A stretch of 63,918 nucleotides of DNA, the filler included, from Octopus bimaculoides (Eukaryota): the NCBI RefSeq assembly GCF_001194135.2. It is 9 parts of 9 records of this genome, joined end to end, with 100 filler letters (N's around TTAATTAATTAA, not from the genome) between each part and the next. Parts side by side here need not be neighbours in the genome. Positions count along the whole stretch, not along the records: positions 1 to 13,269 come from NC_068993.1; 8 more parts are not named here. One strand, 5' to 3'. Within the stretch, counting starts at the first letter, position 1; each line of letters starts with the position of its first letter. The notes under the pieces are model-generated. The model saw only the letters and a list, made by a program, of their open reading frames with translations, did no database searches and had not been told where the DNA came from. Made by a program: the position numbers and the translations under genes. This document shows, in pieces, positions 1 through 10,280 of the stretch.

Positions 1-1140
1 GTGTGTGTGTGTGTGTGTGTGTGTGTGGATAGGAGCTAGTGACTTTTACGTGTGTAGATGTGTGTGTGTGTCTGTGACGTGTGGATGTGTGGATGATGAT
101 GTGTAGGTGTGCGGATGATGGTGTGTGGTGTGTGTGCTGGGAAGTGGTCAGTGTTGGTGTGTGTGGAGTAGTGTTGGGTGGTGTGATGTGGTGGGCCGGT
201 GATGTGATGGGGTGTGGGGATGTGGGATGTGGGGTTAGGGTGTGGATGGGGGTAGGGGTAAGGTGGAGGTAGGATGGTAAGAGAAAAGGTGGGTAGGAGT
301 GAAGAGAGGAAACAGGTGTCAGCTGAAGAGAGGAGAGGAAGGGAGTCAGATGAAGAGAGGAGGAGAGTTGAACTCATGTGGTGCAAAGGAGCGAAGAGAG
401 AAGATTAATTTCTGTTCACGGCGAAGGCGGAAGTCCGGATGGCCACTGTGCAAAGACAATCCGAACAGAGAGAGGTGTTGTAGTGAATGACCGGTAGAGC
501 GGAAATGGTGCGAGACCGGGGTGTCTTTGCCGAGCCTGATGTCTCGGAGGTGCTCCGCGAACCTGTCAGCCAGGCGACGTCCCGTTTGACCGATGTGTAG
601 AGAAGGGNNNNNNNNNNNNNNNNNNNNNNNNNNNNNNNNNNNNNNNNNNNNNNNNNNNNNNNNNNNNNNNNNNNNNNNNNNNNNNNNNNNNNNNNNNNNN
701 NNNNNNNNNNNNNNNNNNNNNNNNNNNNNNNNNNNNNNNNNNNNNNNNNNNNNNNNNNNNNNNNNNNNNNNNNNNNNNNNNNNNNNNNNNNNNNNNNNNN
801 CAATGATGGGTGCCTGTGAGGTCACGCAGGTTGTGGGCTAGTTTGAAGGAGGGAAGGGGTAAGTTGTCAAAGAAGTACGAAGTAAAGGGGTCAGACCGGA
901 GTCATTGGAAGGCTCGGAGAATGGTACGTTGGAGGGGCAGGGTGGAGAGGTGGTAGGTGAGAGAAAACGGGAGACGGGCAACGGCGGGGCGGGGGCGGGG
1001 AGAGAGAGCACGTGCCCTGGAAAGGACTGTGTGGATAGTGGTGAGGGGATATCCACGAAGGATAAAGTGGCGAGCCATGAGTTGAGAAGTCATGGTTGTC
1101 ACTCCACAGCCTGTGCAGGCGGAGGACATATATATATTCT
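1..1140 (-). mobile_element. Penelope-like element, 3' part (RT C-terminal region, GIY-YIG endonuclease, CA-rich 3' UTR); degenerate and interrupted by a gap
   Basis: Minus-strand PSLHIGQTGRRLADRFAEHLRDIR...TPVSHHF...REQKLIFSL (346-607) is a GIY-YIG motif set. ARHFILRGYPLTTIHTVLSRAR (about 1000-1090) matches the PLE RT C-terminal F..RGYP motif. 1-300 is the C/A-rich 3' UTR. Confidence 0.85.
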
Positions 1141-1214
1141 TTAACTCTTTAACTTGTTTCAACTTTAAAGCTGCAGTCAAGCTGGGGCACCACCATTGAC
1201 TGTGCTACACCTTC

Positions 1215-2540
1215 ATTATTTGAAGCCTCCACTGATATGTGGTATTTGGTGAATGAGAGAATTTGATTTTGCTGTCCTCATCTGTGTTTCTTGCCGTGTT
1301 GTAGGCTCATCTGTTGGCCCTTGAAACTCAAGCTGTTGAAGTATCTGGTTCTGTATTTTGATGACGATGCTGGGATCTTTGACACTATCTTTGGCAGTGG
1401 CACCCCGTTCTGCTCTTTGTATAACTTTCAATTTCAAAATTTAGTACAAATTTTTCCAGGATTTTCCAGATGTATATCACCGCATATCATTCCTCCTTTT
1501 GTTCTAGGGAGTAGAGTCTTAACTCTTTCAACCTTTCCCAGTAGCTGATGCGTTGCATTGAGACGATTTTCTTTGTGTAGCGTCGAATTCCGCCGTTAAT
1601 TTTATACTCTATGGTGACAAAGCTTGGAGCTGTAGTCCAGGTGGCTGAAGACATATGTCCTCCAAAACACCATCATAGTTTCCGTTCCTCTCCTTCTGAA
1701 AGTTCGGAGGACCCATTCAGCTAACCGTCTGCATTTATTACCAAATTAGTAATATGCACATAGAAAGATGCATTGTGACTCACGTCAAAGCCCAGGTCGC
1801 GCACTGATTTTGATTCAGGTATTACAATTCCTCCTGGGCCAAGGTATACCGTCTGCATGTCGTTCAGCTTTGTGTGCTGTTAGTGCAGGGCTTGGAATTT
1901 TCCAGCATTAAACTGCATGTTATTGTCCTCAGCTCACCTGTATATTGCGTCCAACTCCCGTTGCAGATGCACAATATTTCCAGGGTTCTCAATCGTCTGA
2001 GAGACTATTGCGTCATTTGCATAGCTAGCGGGGGGGGGGGTGACAATCTGAGCAGCTGCGAGCATGTCTGAGAGGGCCACTATAAATAGCAGTGACCCTA
2101 AGACAGTGCCCTGTGGAACACCACTTACTATTTGTTTCCTTTGTAATAGCTTTCATTGGCAACCACTGCCTCACGTCTATCTTTTAGAAAGTCGTGTAGC
2201 TACTCACCAAGTTTTCCGACTATGCCGAGATTACGCAGTTTGTAATATATCACACCATGGTCCACTTTATCAATGGCTTTTGCAAAGTCGAGATATGTCA
2301 CATCCACACTCGAGTCGTTTAGCAGCTGTTTTAACAACCAGCCGTAATGCTGTAAGAGCTTATATCAGACAGCTTCTACCTGGTCGAAATCCATGCTGGG
2401 TGTCAGTCAGCAGTTCTTTCTCTTCAAGGAACGCAATTAATTTCTTGTGGACTATTCGCACCATGACTTTGCTGATGTGTGAGGTCAGAGAGATAGGCTT
2501 AAAGGTTCGACTTAATATTCTCTATAACCCAAGCCCCCTT
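1215..2540 (-). mobile_element. CR1/L2-group LINE reverse-transcriptase relic with stops and frameshifts
   Basis: Hand translation of the minus strand gives KPISLTSHISKVM, QHGFRPGRSC, LDFAKAIDKVDHG, VSGVPQGTVLGSLLF, YAND (for YADD), VRDLGFDV, and SYWERLKELRLYSLE, in the expected order. Confidence 0.9.
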
Positions 2541-2570
2541 GTTTGCTCTCTCTTTTTCGTGAGATTGATG

Positions 2571-2606
<36 letters not shown>

Positions 2607-2706
2607 NNNNNNNNNNNNNNNNNNNNNNNNNNNNNNNNNNNNNNNNNNNNNNNNNNNNNNNNNNNNNNNNNNNNNNNNNNNNNNNNNNNNNNNNNNNATA
2701 TATATA

Positions 2707-2885
2707 TTGAGTCATCCCATCAATAATGCGGTTTTTTTAACTTTTATTTTTCAAAATTAAAACAAAAACAAATTTTCGTTGCGTCTTGCAAACTTTTCAA
2801 AAGTCGTTTACTCTGTCCGTTATCCGAGCTGCGTTCTTTTTGCTTGTTTGTGCGCATGTGTGTGGGTCAGTGTATGTGCGCATGC

Positions 2886-2916
<31 letters not shown>

Positions 2917-4928
2917 TATATGTATTCATGTATGCATGTATATATGTATGCAAGCATGTAAATGTGTATATGCATGTATGGGTGTTTGTGTGTGTGCGTA
3001 TGTATATATGTATGTATGTGTGTACGTTTGTATGTATGTATTCTGCATATTCATGTGTGTTCGTGTTTGTGCGTTTTTATGTGTGTGTGTTTCCATGTGT
3101 GTGTGTGTGTGTGTGTGTGTGTACCTCTGTCTCCTTATGTGTGCATGTCTGAGTGTGTCTGTGTATGGGTTTTGTGACTATGTATTGTGTCTGTATGTAT
3201 GGATGTATGTCTCCATTTGTGTCCTTTGTGAAGTGAAGTGTGTGTGTGTGTATGGTCACGTGTCTCAGTTTTCATTTGCGCGTGTATGTGTGTATGTGTG
3301 ATTGTCTGTTCATATTACCTATGTACCTATCCATCTGTACGTCTATCTGTTTACATTCATATCCCTTTGCTAACATACATATGCATATACATATACGTAT
3401 ACGTATACATATATAGACACACACACGCACACACACATACACATACATACATCTACATAACAGCCTACTTACTATCCTACTTTATATATATATTTATACA
3501 TATACTTATATATAAATTGTGGGTATGGGGGTATGATTATCTACTACGTATATTTCCTATTTTGTACTGGGGATGTTTCATTTATGAGGACGTACTTCTG
3601 TATTTGTCTGAGTGTTGGGTCCTTTGGGTGCTTGGATAAGATGCGGATGTCGAGTTGAACCAGGTTGCCTCCATGTTGGTCCTTGGCATGTTGGTAGAGT
3701 ATGGAGGACTGTTTCTGTCGTCACATTGTCTCAAACGTTCATTTAGTCTTTTCACAATGTTCCTAGATGACTTTGCCAAGTATGTCATGTTCTTGTCTTT
3801 ACAAGCACCTTTTAGGCATACTCTCCTCTATTTTCTACAAGGCTCTTCAATCTATCTGGTAGACTTACAAGGTCCGTGAAATACTCTTCCAGCACCGCAT
3901 GTGGAGAATTCATATTTTTACCGTCCAAATGATTTTGAAGACTACGAAATAAATGATAATCAGATGAGAAAATGTCCGGCGAATATGGTGGGTGAGGCAT
4001 CGTTTCCCATTCAAACTGCTCCATCCTTTCGAATGTCATCCTCGCCTGATGTGGCCGAGTATTATTCTAATGGAAGAACACCTTCCGTCATGAAAACAAA
4101 CATGGTCGTTTTTCTTCTAGTGCTGACATAAGCCGCTCAAGCTGCTCGCAGCAGATCTCCTTTGTTATCATTTGATAACAACAGATAACAACACCTTACG
4201 TGGAGGAAGACCTTTAGCCTGGGGTACCCTTGTTTCTCCTTTCCTTATCCAGTTTCGTCGGCGCTTGACATTTTTATAGAAAACCCATTCCTCGTTACCA
4301 GTCACTATTCGATCAAAAAAGGTTCATTTGTGGGCCGTAGCTGCAAAGAAGAACACACATTTGATCTCTGCACACGATTAGACTCGGAAAGTTTGTGAGG
4401 AACCCATCGACCCAATTTGCTGACTTTTCCGATGGCACGCATGTGTCAATGAATGGTTGAATGATGAAACCCAAGTTCCTCAACAGTTATAATGAGATTT
4501 TGTTTCAGCAGGCTTTGGAAGACGTCCTTGTCGAGCCCTACTGATCTTCCAGGACGAAGCTCGTCTTCTAGACTGTAGTTTCCGGCTCGGAATTTCTGGA
4601 ACCACCGTTAACACTGGCTTAGGCTTATTGCCCGATCTCCACTTTCCGTTGCGTTGTTGCCTTTATTGAACTTTATTTTAAAGCAAAATATGCCGAATAT
4701 GCTCCTTTTTAAAGCAAAATATGCTCCATTGTCACTTCCATTATAACTTTGAAAAAATAACTGCTAAAATCGAACTGCACTCTTAAAAACTTGCACTAAG
4801 AATAAGCACAATGTAAAATTACTACCTTCTTTTATAGTAAGTTGATGCAGGTACTTTATCTCATCTCCCTTCGACTTTTAGTTCCCGCAATTGAAAAAAC
4901 CGCATTATATATATATATATATGACCCA

Positions 4929-4929
<1 letters not shown>
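2707..4929 (-). mobile_element. Mariner (DD34D-type) transposon relic with both TIRs; about 1 kb insertion near its 3' end
   Basis: TA|TTGAGTCATCCCATCAATAATGCGGTTTTTT at 2705 and its inverse AAAAAACCGCATTAT(TA)nATGACCCAA|TA ending at 4931. Minus-strand motifs RWFQKFRAG, KLGRWVPHKL, FFDRIVTGNEEWVFY and HPPYSPDIFSSDYHLFRSLQNHL. Confidence 0.9.
3545..3790 (-). mobile_element. PLE GIY-YIG endonuclease C-terminal fragment nested in the mariner
   Basis: TYLAKSSRNIVKRLNERLRQC, then after a frameshift YQHAKDQHGG...IRILSKHPKDPTLRQIQKYVLINETSPVQNRK. It is followed (towards 2790) by microsatellite-rich UTR-like sequence. Confidence 0.65.
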
Positions 4930-4965
<36 letters not shown>

Positions 4966-5081
4966 TTTTAAACATTTCCTACTTTCAGTTTGTATTATTT
5001 GACCCATGCACGTAAACCCAGACGCACCTGTACACTACTTTCGAACTGCATTACTTATACATAGGTACATGCAGTGTTACG

Positions 5082-5140
<59 letters not shown>

Positions 5141-5723
5141 CGCATATATTATTAAATATTCTTAAAACTTCATATTTGTATTTACTGATGCAAATACATG
5201 CGCATTTAATAAGCATCCTTTGTATATATACACATGCATGTGTGTGTGTGCACGCATTCACACACACGCATATATCATAAACTATGAACATACACAGCCA
5301 CACATAATCAAACTTATTCGAAAGCAAACACACTGACACACGCAAAATATTTGCGAGTGTTAACTTACATCTGCTCTTATCAAATTACCGAACACTATGT
5401 CATGTGAAGATCCTCGCCTGTCCCATTTCCCTTCGTCTTCTCTTACCACTTTCCCCAAACCCTTACAATCGTCTTTCTAATGTCTTATGTGTTATTTAAT
5501 CCCTATAGGAATTTCTTCAGATGTCTACACACACACACACTCTGCCACATACATACATACATACATACATACATACATACACAAGGATGTGTACACACAA
5601 ATCCACTTACATCATTATAAGTGTAGTGTGTGTATGTAGCAAATATATTTTTTATGGTAATTACGATGGAAATGATATGTATTATATGAAGATTACTTAT
5701 GACAATATCATTTCATAGTTAAC

Positions 5724-5801
<78 letters not shown>

Positions 5802-5900
5802 CGTGCGTATGTGCGTATGTGCGTATGTGCGTATGTGTGTGTATTGAATCAAGAATATTACATAGAATATGAACGTGCATTATAATATATATATATATAT

Positions 5901-6028
5901 AGGAGTAAGTGTAAGGACAAGCAAGCTCGGCAAGTCGATATACAGATAATATTAAATATCTATTTTAATATGTTTACATATGTATATTTTTTGTATTGCC
6001 TAACTTGCTTGTTCTTACATTTACTCCT
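5901..6028. repeat. Short inverted-repeat (MITE-like) element with ~33-bp arms
   Basis: AGGAGTAAGTGTAAGGACAAGCAAGCTCGGCAAG (5901-5934) versus TTGCCTAACTTGCTTGTTCTTACATTTACTCCT (5996-6028). The left side abuts (TA)n. Confidence 0.6.
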
Positions 6029-6225
6029 CTATTTGCTCAAGTTCAAATCTCTCGTGCACTACGAAGAGTATTCTATACAGAGAATACCTGTCTCTAATCT
6101 CTCTCTACATATATATATATATTGATAGAAATGGCAAGACACCAAAAGAATGAAAGAGACCTCGATATTATGTAAATAGAGGAATTTATCTGCAAATATA
6201 ATATGTAACAATTATTCGGTAGCCA

Positions 6226-6288
6226 TGACAAAACTCCGAGTTTCGGGTGTCGGGGTGGAAGCCCACGCCGGCATCTCTTCAGTTATTG
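6226..6288 (-). ncRNA. Type I hammerhead ribozyme motif (family 2) in a putative PLE pseudo-LTR
   Basis: Minus strand: AUAA-CUGAAGA-long imperfect stem II (UGCCGG.GUGG/CCAC.CCGACA)-GAAAC-UCGGA-GUU-UUGU. Stem I is 4 bp including one G-U pair. Confidence 0.6.
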
Positions 6289-6739
6289 GGTCATCGAAAA
6301 AATGCTATGAAAATAACCATTAAAACAAAGGGATTTTTTTGTGCGTGTGTGTGTATGTATGTGCGTATATAGACATGTGCGGGTATGTGCGTATATTAGN
6401 NNNNNNNNNGGTATGTACGTATATTAGTCGTGTGTGCGTGCTTACGAGTATGTCCGTATATAGACGTCTTTTACTCCTATTGCTTATTTTTTACACTTTT
6501 TTCACACATTTTTCTGTATTTTGCCTTTAGCCCTGTTTTTTCTTGTGCATGTGCGTGTATAGGCGTGTGTATAAACCTTTTTGTGCGCGCGCGCGTGTGC
6601 GAGCGTGTATTCGAGTGTGTATATATTTTTTGGCGAATGTGTGGGTGAGCATGTGTGTTTCAAGTGAGGGTGGATGAGTATATACATATAGGCGCATGTA
6701 CGTGGGTGTGCGGGTGCGTGTGTATGTATGGACATGCGC

Positions 6740-7025
6740 GCTTACTGGATAAATTACGAAAATAACTCTAACAATTCAAATACTAAGAAATAAGCATACT
6801 CAATTTGATTTATACCAAATAATTTAGGAAAATGATTGGGTTATTTCCCTTGGCTATATATAAGAATCCATTCCAGGGCCCTGTCATCGATTTTTCAAAT
6901 ATCTGATTATGCCATGAGATTTCCAGACATGAGTTCTACTCACGTGTCAAGTTTCATCAAAATCGATAAAACGATGTAGGAGGAGTTAGCTAACAACTCC
7001 GCAAACAAACACACCCATAGACAGA
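6740..7025 (+). mobile_element. Possible Helitron/Helentron-associated non-autonomous element end
   Basis: TGTCAAGTTTCATCAAAATCGATAAAACGATGTAGGAGGAGTTAGC...ACAAACACACCCATAGACAGA resembles DINE-1/HINE-type 3' regions (recalled resemblance only). Confidence 0.35.
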
Positions 7026-7132
7026 ATCCCCCCCACCACCACCACCATATNNNNNNNNNNNNNNNNNNNNNNNNNNNNNNNNNNNNNNNNNNNNNNNNNN
7101 NNNNNNNNNNNNNNNNNNNNNNATATATTATG

Positions 7133-7325
7133 ATTGACCGTTGACTGAACACTATTCAATTTTTTTTCTCCCTGTTTTTCTCCTTGTCTCCGTATTCTTT
7201 CTGTTGAAGAGCGTAGCTCGAAACGTTAAAGACTTTCCGTATTCCCGAGCGTCATACTAATATATACTTTTGTTATTTACACCACCTGTCCTCGTCTGTT
7301 GTTATTATTTGTATATTCTCCCATA
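7133..7325 (+). mobile_element. ~200-bp PLE pseudo-LTR-like element (family 1), copy 1
   Basis: Homologous to 21304-21498, 33112-33315 and 53425-53630. It ends TTCTCCC followed by (AT)n. Confidence 0.8.
7196..7232 (+). ncRNA. Minimal type I hammerhead-like motif, variant core CUGUUGA
   Basis: UCUUU-CUGUUGA-A-GAGC(GUA)GCUC-GAAAC-GUU-AAAGA: 5-bp stem I, 4-bp stem II and palindromic ACGU stem III. Confidence 0.65.
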
Positions 7326-7489
7326 TATATACACACACATACACACGCACATCACTCATACACACGTTATTAAATATATAGATATTACAGAGAGCTAGTG
7401 ATATTTGAGGTCATGTTTGGTAACTTGATAAAACAACTCTAATCTAACAAAGACTTAATGAACTTTAATAAAATAAAATGTTGTGCTCA

Positions 7490-7650
7490 GGCACATGCGT
7501 GACTGCTTGGTAAGAGGTTTGCCTTCCAACCATATGGTTCCAGGTGCACTCCCTCTGCATGACACATTGGACAAGTGTTCTGTACTATAACCTTGGGCCG
7601 TCTAAAGCTATGTAAGTGGAGTTGGTAGAATTGAAAGAAGTCTATCGTGT
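7490..7650 (+). mobile_element. tRNA-derived SINE family A, degenerate 5' half
   Basis: Aligns by eye to the head of the full copy at 23883-24278. Confidence 0.7.
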
Positions 7651-7653
7651 ACG

Positions 7654-7699
<46 letters not shown>

Positions 7700-7700
<1 letters not shown>

Positions 7701-7812
7701 GTTGCTCAAATTTACAAAAAATAAAAGACGGAGACAGGTGTAGGAACAACAAGCAAGTCTATTAGATTAACACTCGGGAAAAAAGCCTTTTACGTTTCGA
7801 GACTACTCTCTC
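7700..7812 (-). mobile_element. Diverged pseudo-LTR fragment with a partial hammerhead (stem II + GAAAC + GUA)
   Basis: Minus strand GAGA(GTAG)TCTC-GAAAC-GTA-AAAGG...TTCCCGAGTGTT...CCTACACCTGTCTCCGTC. The 5' core is lost into (GA)n. Confidence 0.55.
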
Positions 7813-7834
7813 TCTCTCTCTTTCTCTCTTTCTC

Positions 7835-7869
<35 letters not shown>

Positions 7870-7969
7870 AGAGAGAGAGACAGACACAGACACAGACAGG
7901 CAGACAGACACAGACACAGACAGGCAGACAGACACAGACAGGTAGACAGAAATGTGTGTGCGTGCGTGT

Positions 7970-8130
7970 CTTTTTGTCTGTGTTTGTCCCCCACCACCGC
8001 TTGACAACTGGTGTTGCTGTGTTTACGTTCCTGCAGATTAGCAGTTCGGTAAAAGACACCGATAGAATAAGTACCAGGCTTAAAAAGAATAAGTACTGGG
8101 GTTGATTAATCCGACTAAAAATTCTTCAAG
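7970..8130 (+). mobile_element. SINE family A, 3' half
   Basis: GTCTGTGTTTGTCCCCCACCACCGCTTGACAAC...CCGATAGAATAAGTACCAGGC matches the 3' half of family A. Confidence 0.7.
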
Positions 8131-8139
8131 GTGCACTAA

Positions 8140-9790
8140 ATGGTCCTTATTCGTTTCGAACATCAATTGAACAATGGCAGCTTTCAGTGAAGCTATAGTA
8201 TTGTAAGGATGTCAGTTTGTGTACCTTTTAACAACTCTCCAAGCGTTGTAGTTCATCTGGTGAGTTTGGAGGTCAAAAGTTTGGTGTTACATGTTGGTAA
8301 TGGTTATCTAGCATCTGTTTTGGGGGTTATATGAGCCTTGTGAGAAACTAGTGTGTCCTCTTGAAACGCGTAGTACCTTCCACTGCATATTTCACCCATC
8401 CTGGGTTTAACAAAAGTCTCTAGCATCTCAAGGTATTCAGAAACTTTAATTCTATGACCTTGTAGAAAGATGTGAGGTAGTATGACATGACCTCCTAAAA
8501 CCATCATAGTTGCTGAAAACTTATTGAGTATATCAGAAGGATATGCACATAAACTTTTTCTGTTAGTCTTTCTCATCAGAACATGTCATGTTCATGAAAT
8601 CTTTTAACTTTGTTAACCGACCGCTTAGCAAGACGTGTTTTCTGCGTTTTTGCAGACTTAAATCGGCTGCATACGACTCGTATCCAATATTTTCATGCAC
8701 TAGTTCCGATAGTCCACGCTGACACCTCAATTTCTTTGGCGATCGCCCTCGTTGGTTTTTCGGAATCATCATCGATAATCTTTTGACTTCACTAAATGAA
8801 TTGCGATGTTCTTATAGAGTCCAAACCGAATTTAAAATATTTTCTACAGAACCTTCTGTTTCCATCTGAACTACAAGGTCTGATCAATAAGTATCCGGAC
8901 TGTTGCTATAGTAACGAAGCTAAAATACGCAGATAGAAACCGCTGGGCAAAGGTTGACCTTGAACTCTGCTGTGCATGCGTACAAAGTTTTAATGTTCTA
9001 GCTCACTTTCGCTGTTTACAGCAGTGCTTGGAAGGAAGGTGTGTAGCGTCCCTGTCATTGACCATGACAGGGAGAGCTGTCATAGCGATACATGCTCAGA
9101 GTGTATGAGTGGTTCAGACGTTTTCAAGATGGCCGAGAAATGTCGATATTGACGAACGTTCTGGGAGACCCGCAACCAGCAGAACTGAGAAAAACATCGC
9201 AGATGGACGTGCAGCTGTGAAGGGAAATCGTCGAATCACCATCCGTGAGTCATCAGAGGATGTGGAGATTAGTTACGGTTCAGTTCAGTTCATTATCACT
9301 GAAGATTGTGCTAAAACTGCTTTCAGCTGACCAAAAAGACACTCGGGTTTCAGTTGCAGAAGATCTCCTTGATTGTGTCGAGAACGATGAAAACTTTTTG
9401 AAAGCTTTGTGTAGGTCTCTGAGCAGGTATCGCCAGGCTCTCGGCAAAATTTGATGCAGATTCTCTGATCACCTTTCTGTGACATAGTCAATGCGACGAT
9501 CACACGCTACGCACGTTCCTTCCAAGCACTGCTATAACTAGTAAAAGTGAGTTAGAATGCTAAAACTTAGTGCGCATGCACAACAGAAAATAAGGTCAAT
9601 CTGTGCCAAGCGACTTCCCTCTGCATACTTTAGCATCATTACTATGGCAACAGTCCGGATACTTATTGATCAGACGACGTATGTAAAGACCTTGCTATAT
9701 TTAGAAAGTTGATGATTGCTAAATCCCTGGCAACAATGACTGCAAGTCTTTTCACTTCTTGTGCTAGCATTTCATCTGCCATGGGGAATC
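8140..9790 (-). mobile_element. Tc1/mariner-superfamily transposase relic of maT (DD37D)-like type, split by the mariner at 8874-9679
   Basis: N-terminus MLAQEVKRLAVIVARDLAIINFLNIARS (9680-9780). After the insertion: RAIAKEIEVS, HENIGYESY, CSDEK, KFSATMMVLG, YLEMLETFVKP, YAFQED and PPNSPD. Confidence 0.7.
8874..9679. mobile_element. Mariner derivative made of two inverted left ends, with TA TSDs
   Basis: TA|CAAGGTCTGATCAATAAGTATCCGGACTG... and ...CAGTCCGGATACTTATTGATCAGACGACG|TA. Both arms read inward as 5' UTR plus transposase start (+: RSGRPATSRTEKN..RRITIRE; -: MSQKGDQRICIKFC). Confidence 0.85.
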
Positions 9791-9909
9791 TGATTTGAAA
9801 AGAGAGAAATATACTGATAATTAAGTGTCCTCTTACATCTCCTCTGTGTGTGTGTGTATGTGTGTAAGTGTGTGCGTATGCGTGTGTGTGTGCGTGTATG
9901 CGTACGTAC

Positions 9910-10280
9910 ATGCAGGATGTTCGGGCTAATTTGGATGATTTTTATGTCTCTTTTTTTTTCAGGAACAGCTTAATGTATTGGTAAACAGCCAACGGCGTTG
10001 GAGAGCATAAAGGTTAAAGGTGTAGTTGAGAAAGTTAGTTAACATGGAAGACTAAGCATTGAAAAAGAGTTGCCTGAATCATGATGATTCACGCCGAGTA
10101 TCAAACTGCCGACACCACGATTGCAACTCAATGTTCTGTGAACATTGTAAAGGTTGTAAGACATGACATAGACAGCTGCAACGGAAACTACGAAGTTGTT
10201 GTCAGCAGGCAGGGACACAACAAGCATCCTGGTTGCGTCGAAATGCGGGAATTCATCCCCACAACTTTCAACAGGACCTG
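9910..10280 (+). mobile_element. maT-like transposase N-terminal fragment
   Basis: VKVVRHDIDSCNGNYEVVVSRQGHNKHPGCVEMREFI resembles the HTH region of the neighbouring maT-like element. Confidence 0.45.

Noticed and set aside
2779-3301. Cys/Val/Tyr/Met- or His/Thr-rich ORFs (CVCV, HTHT, YIYI, poly-N/I/S/L) throughout the window
   Set aside because: Translations of (TG)n, (TA)n, (TATG)n, (AAT)n and (CTT)n microsatellites.
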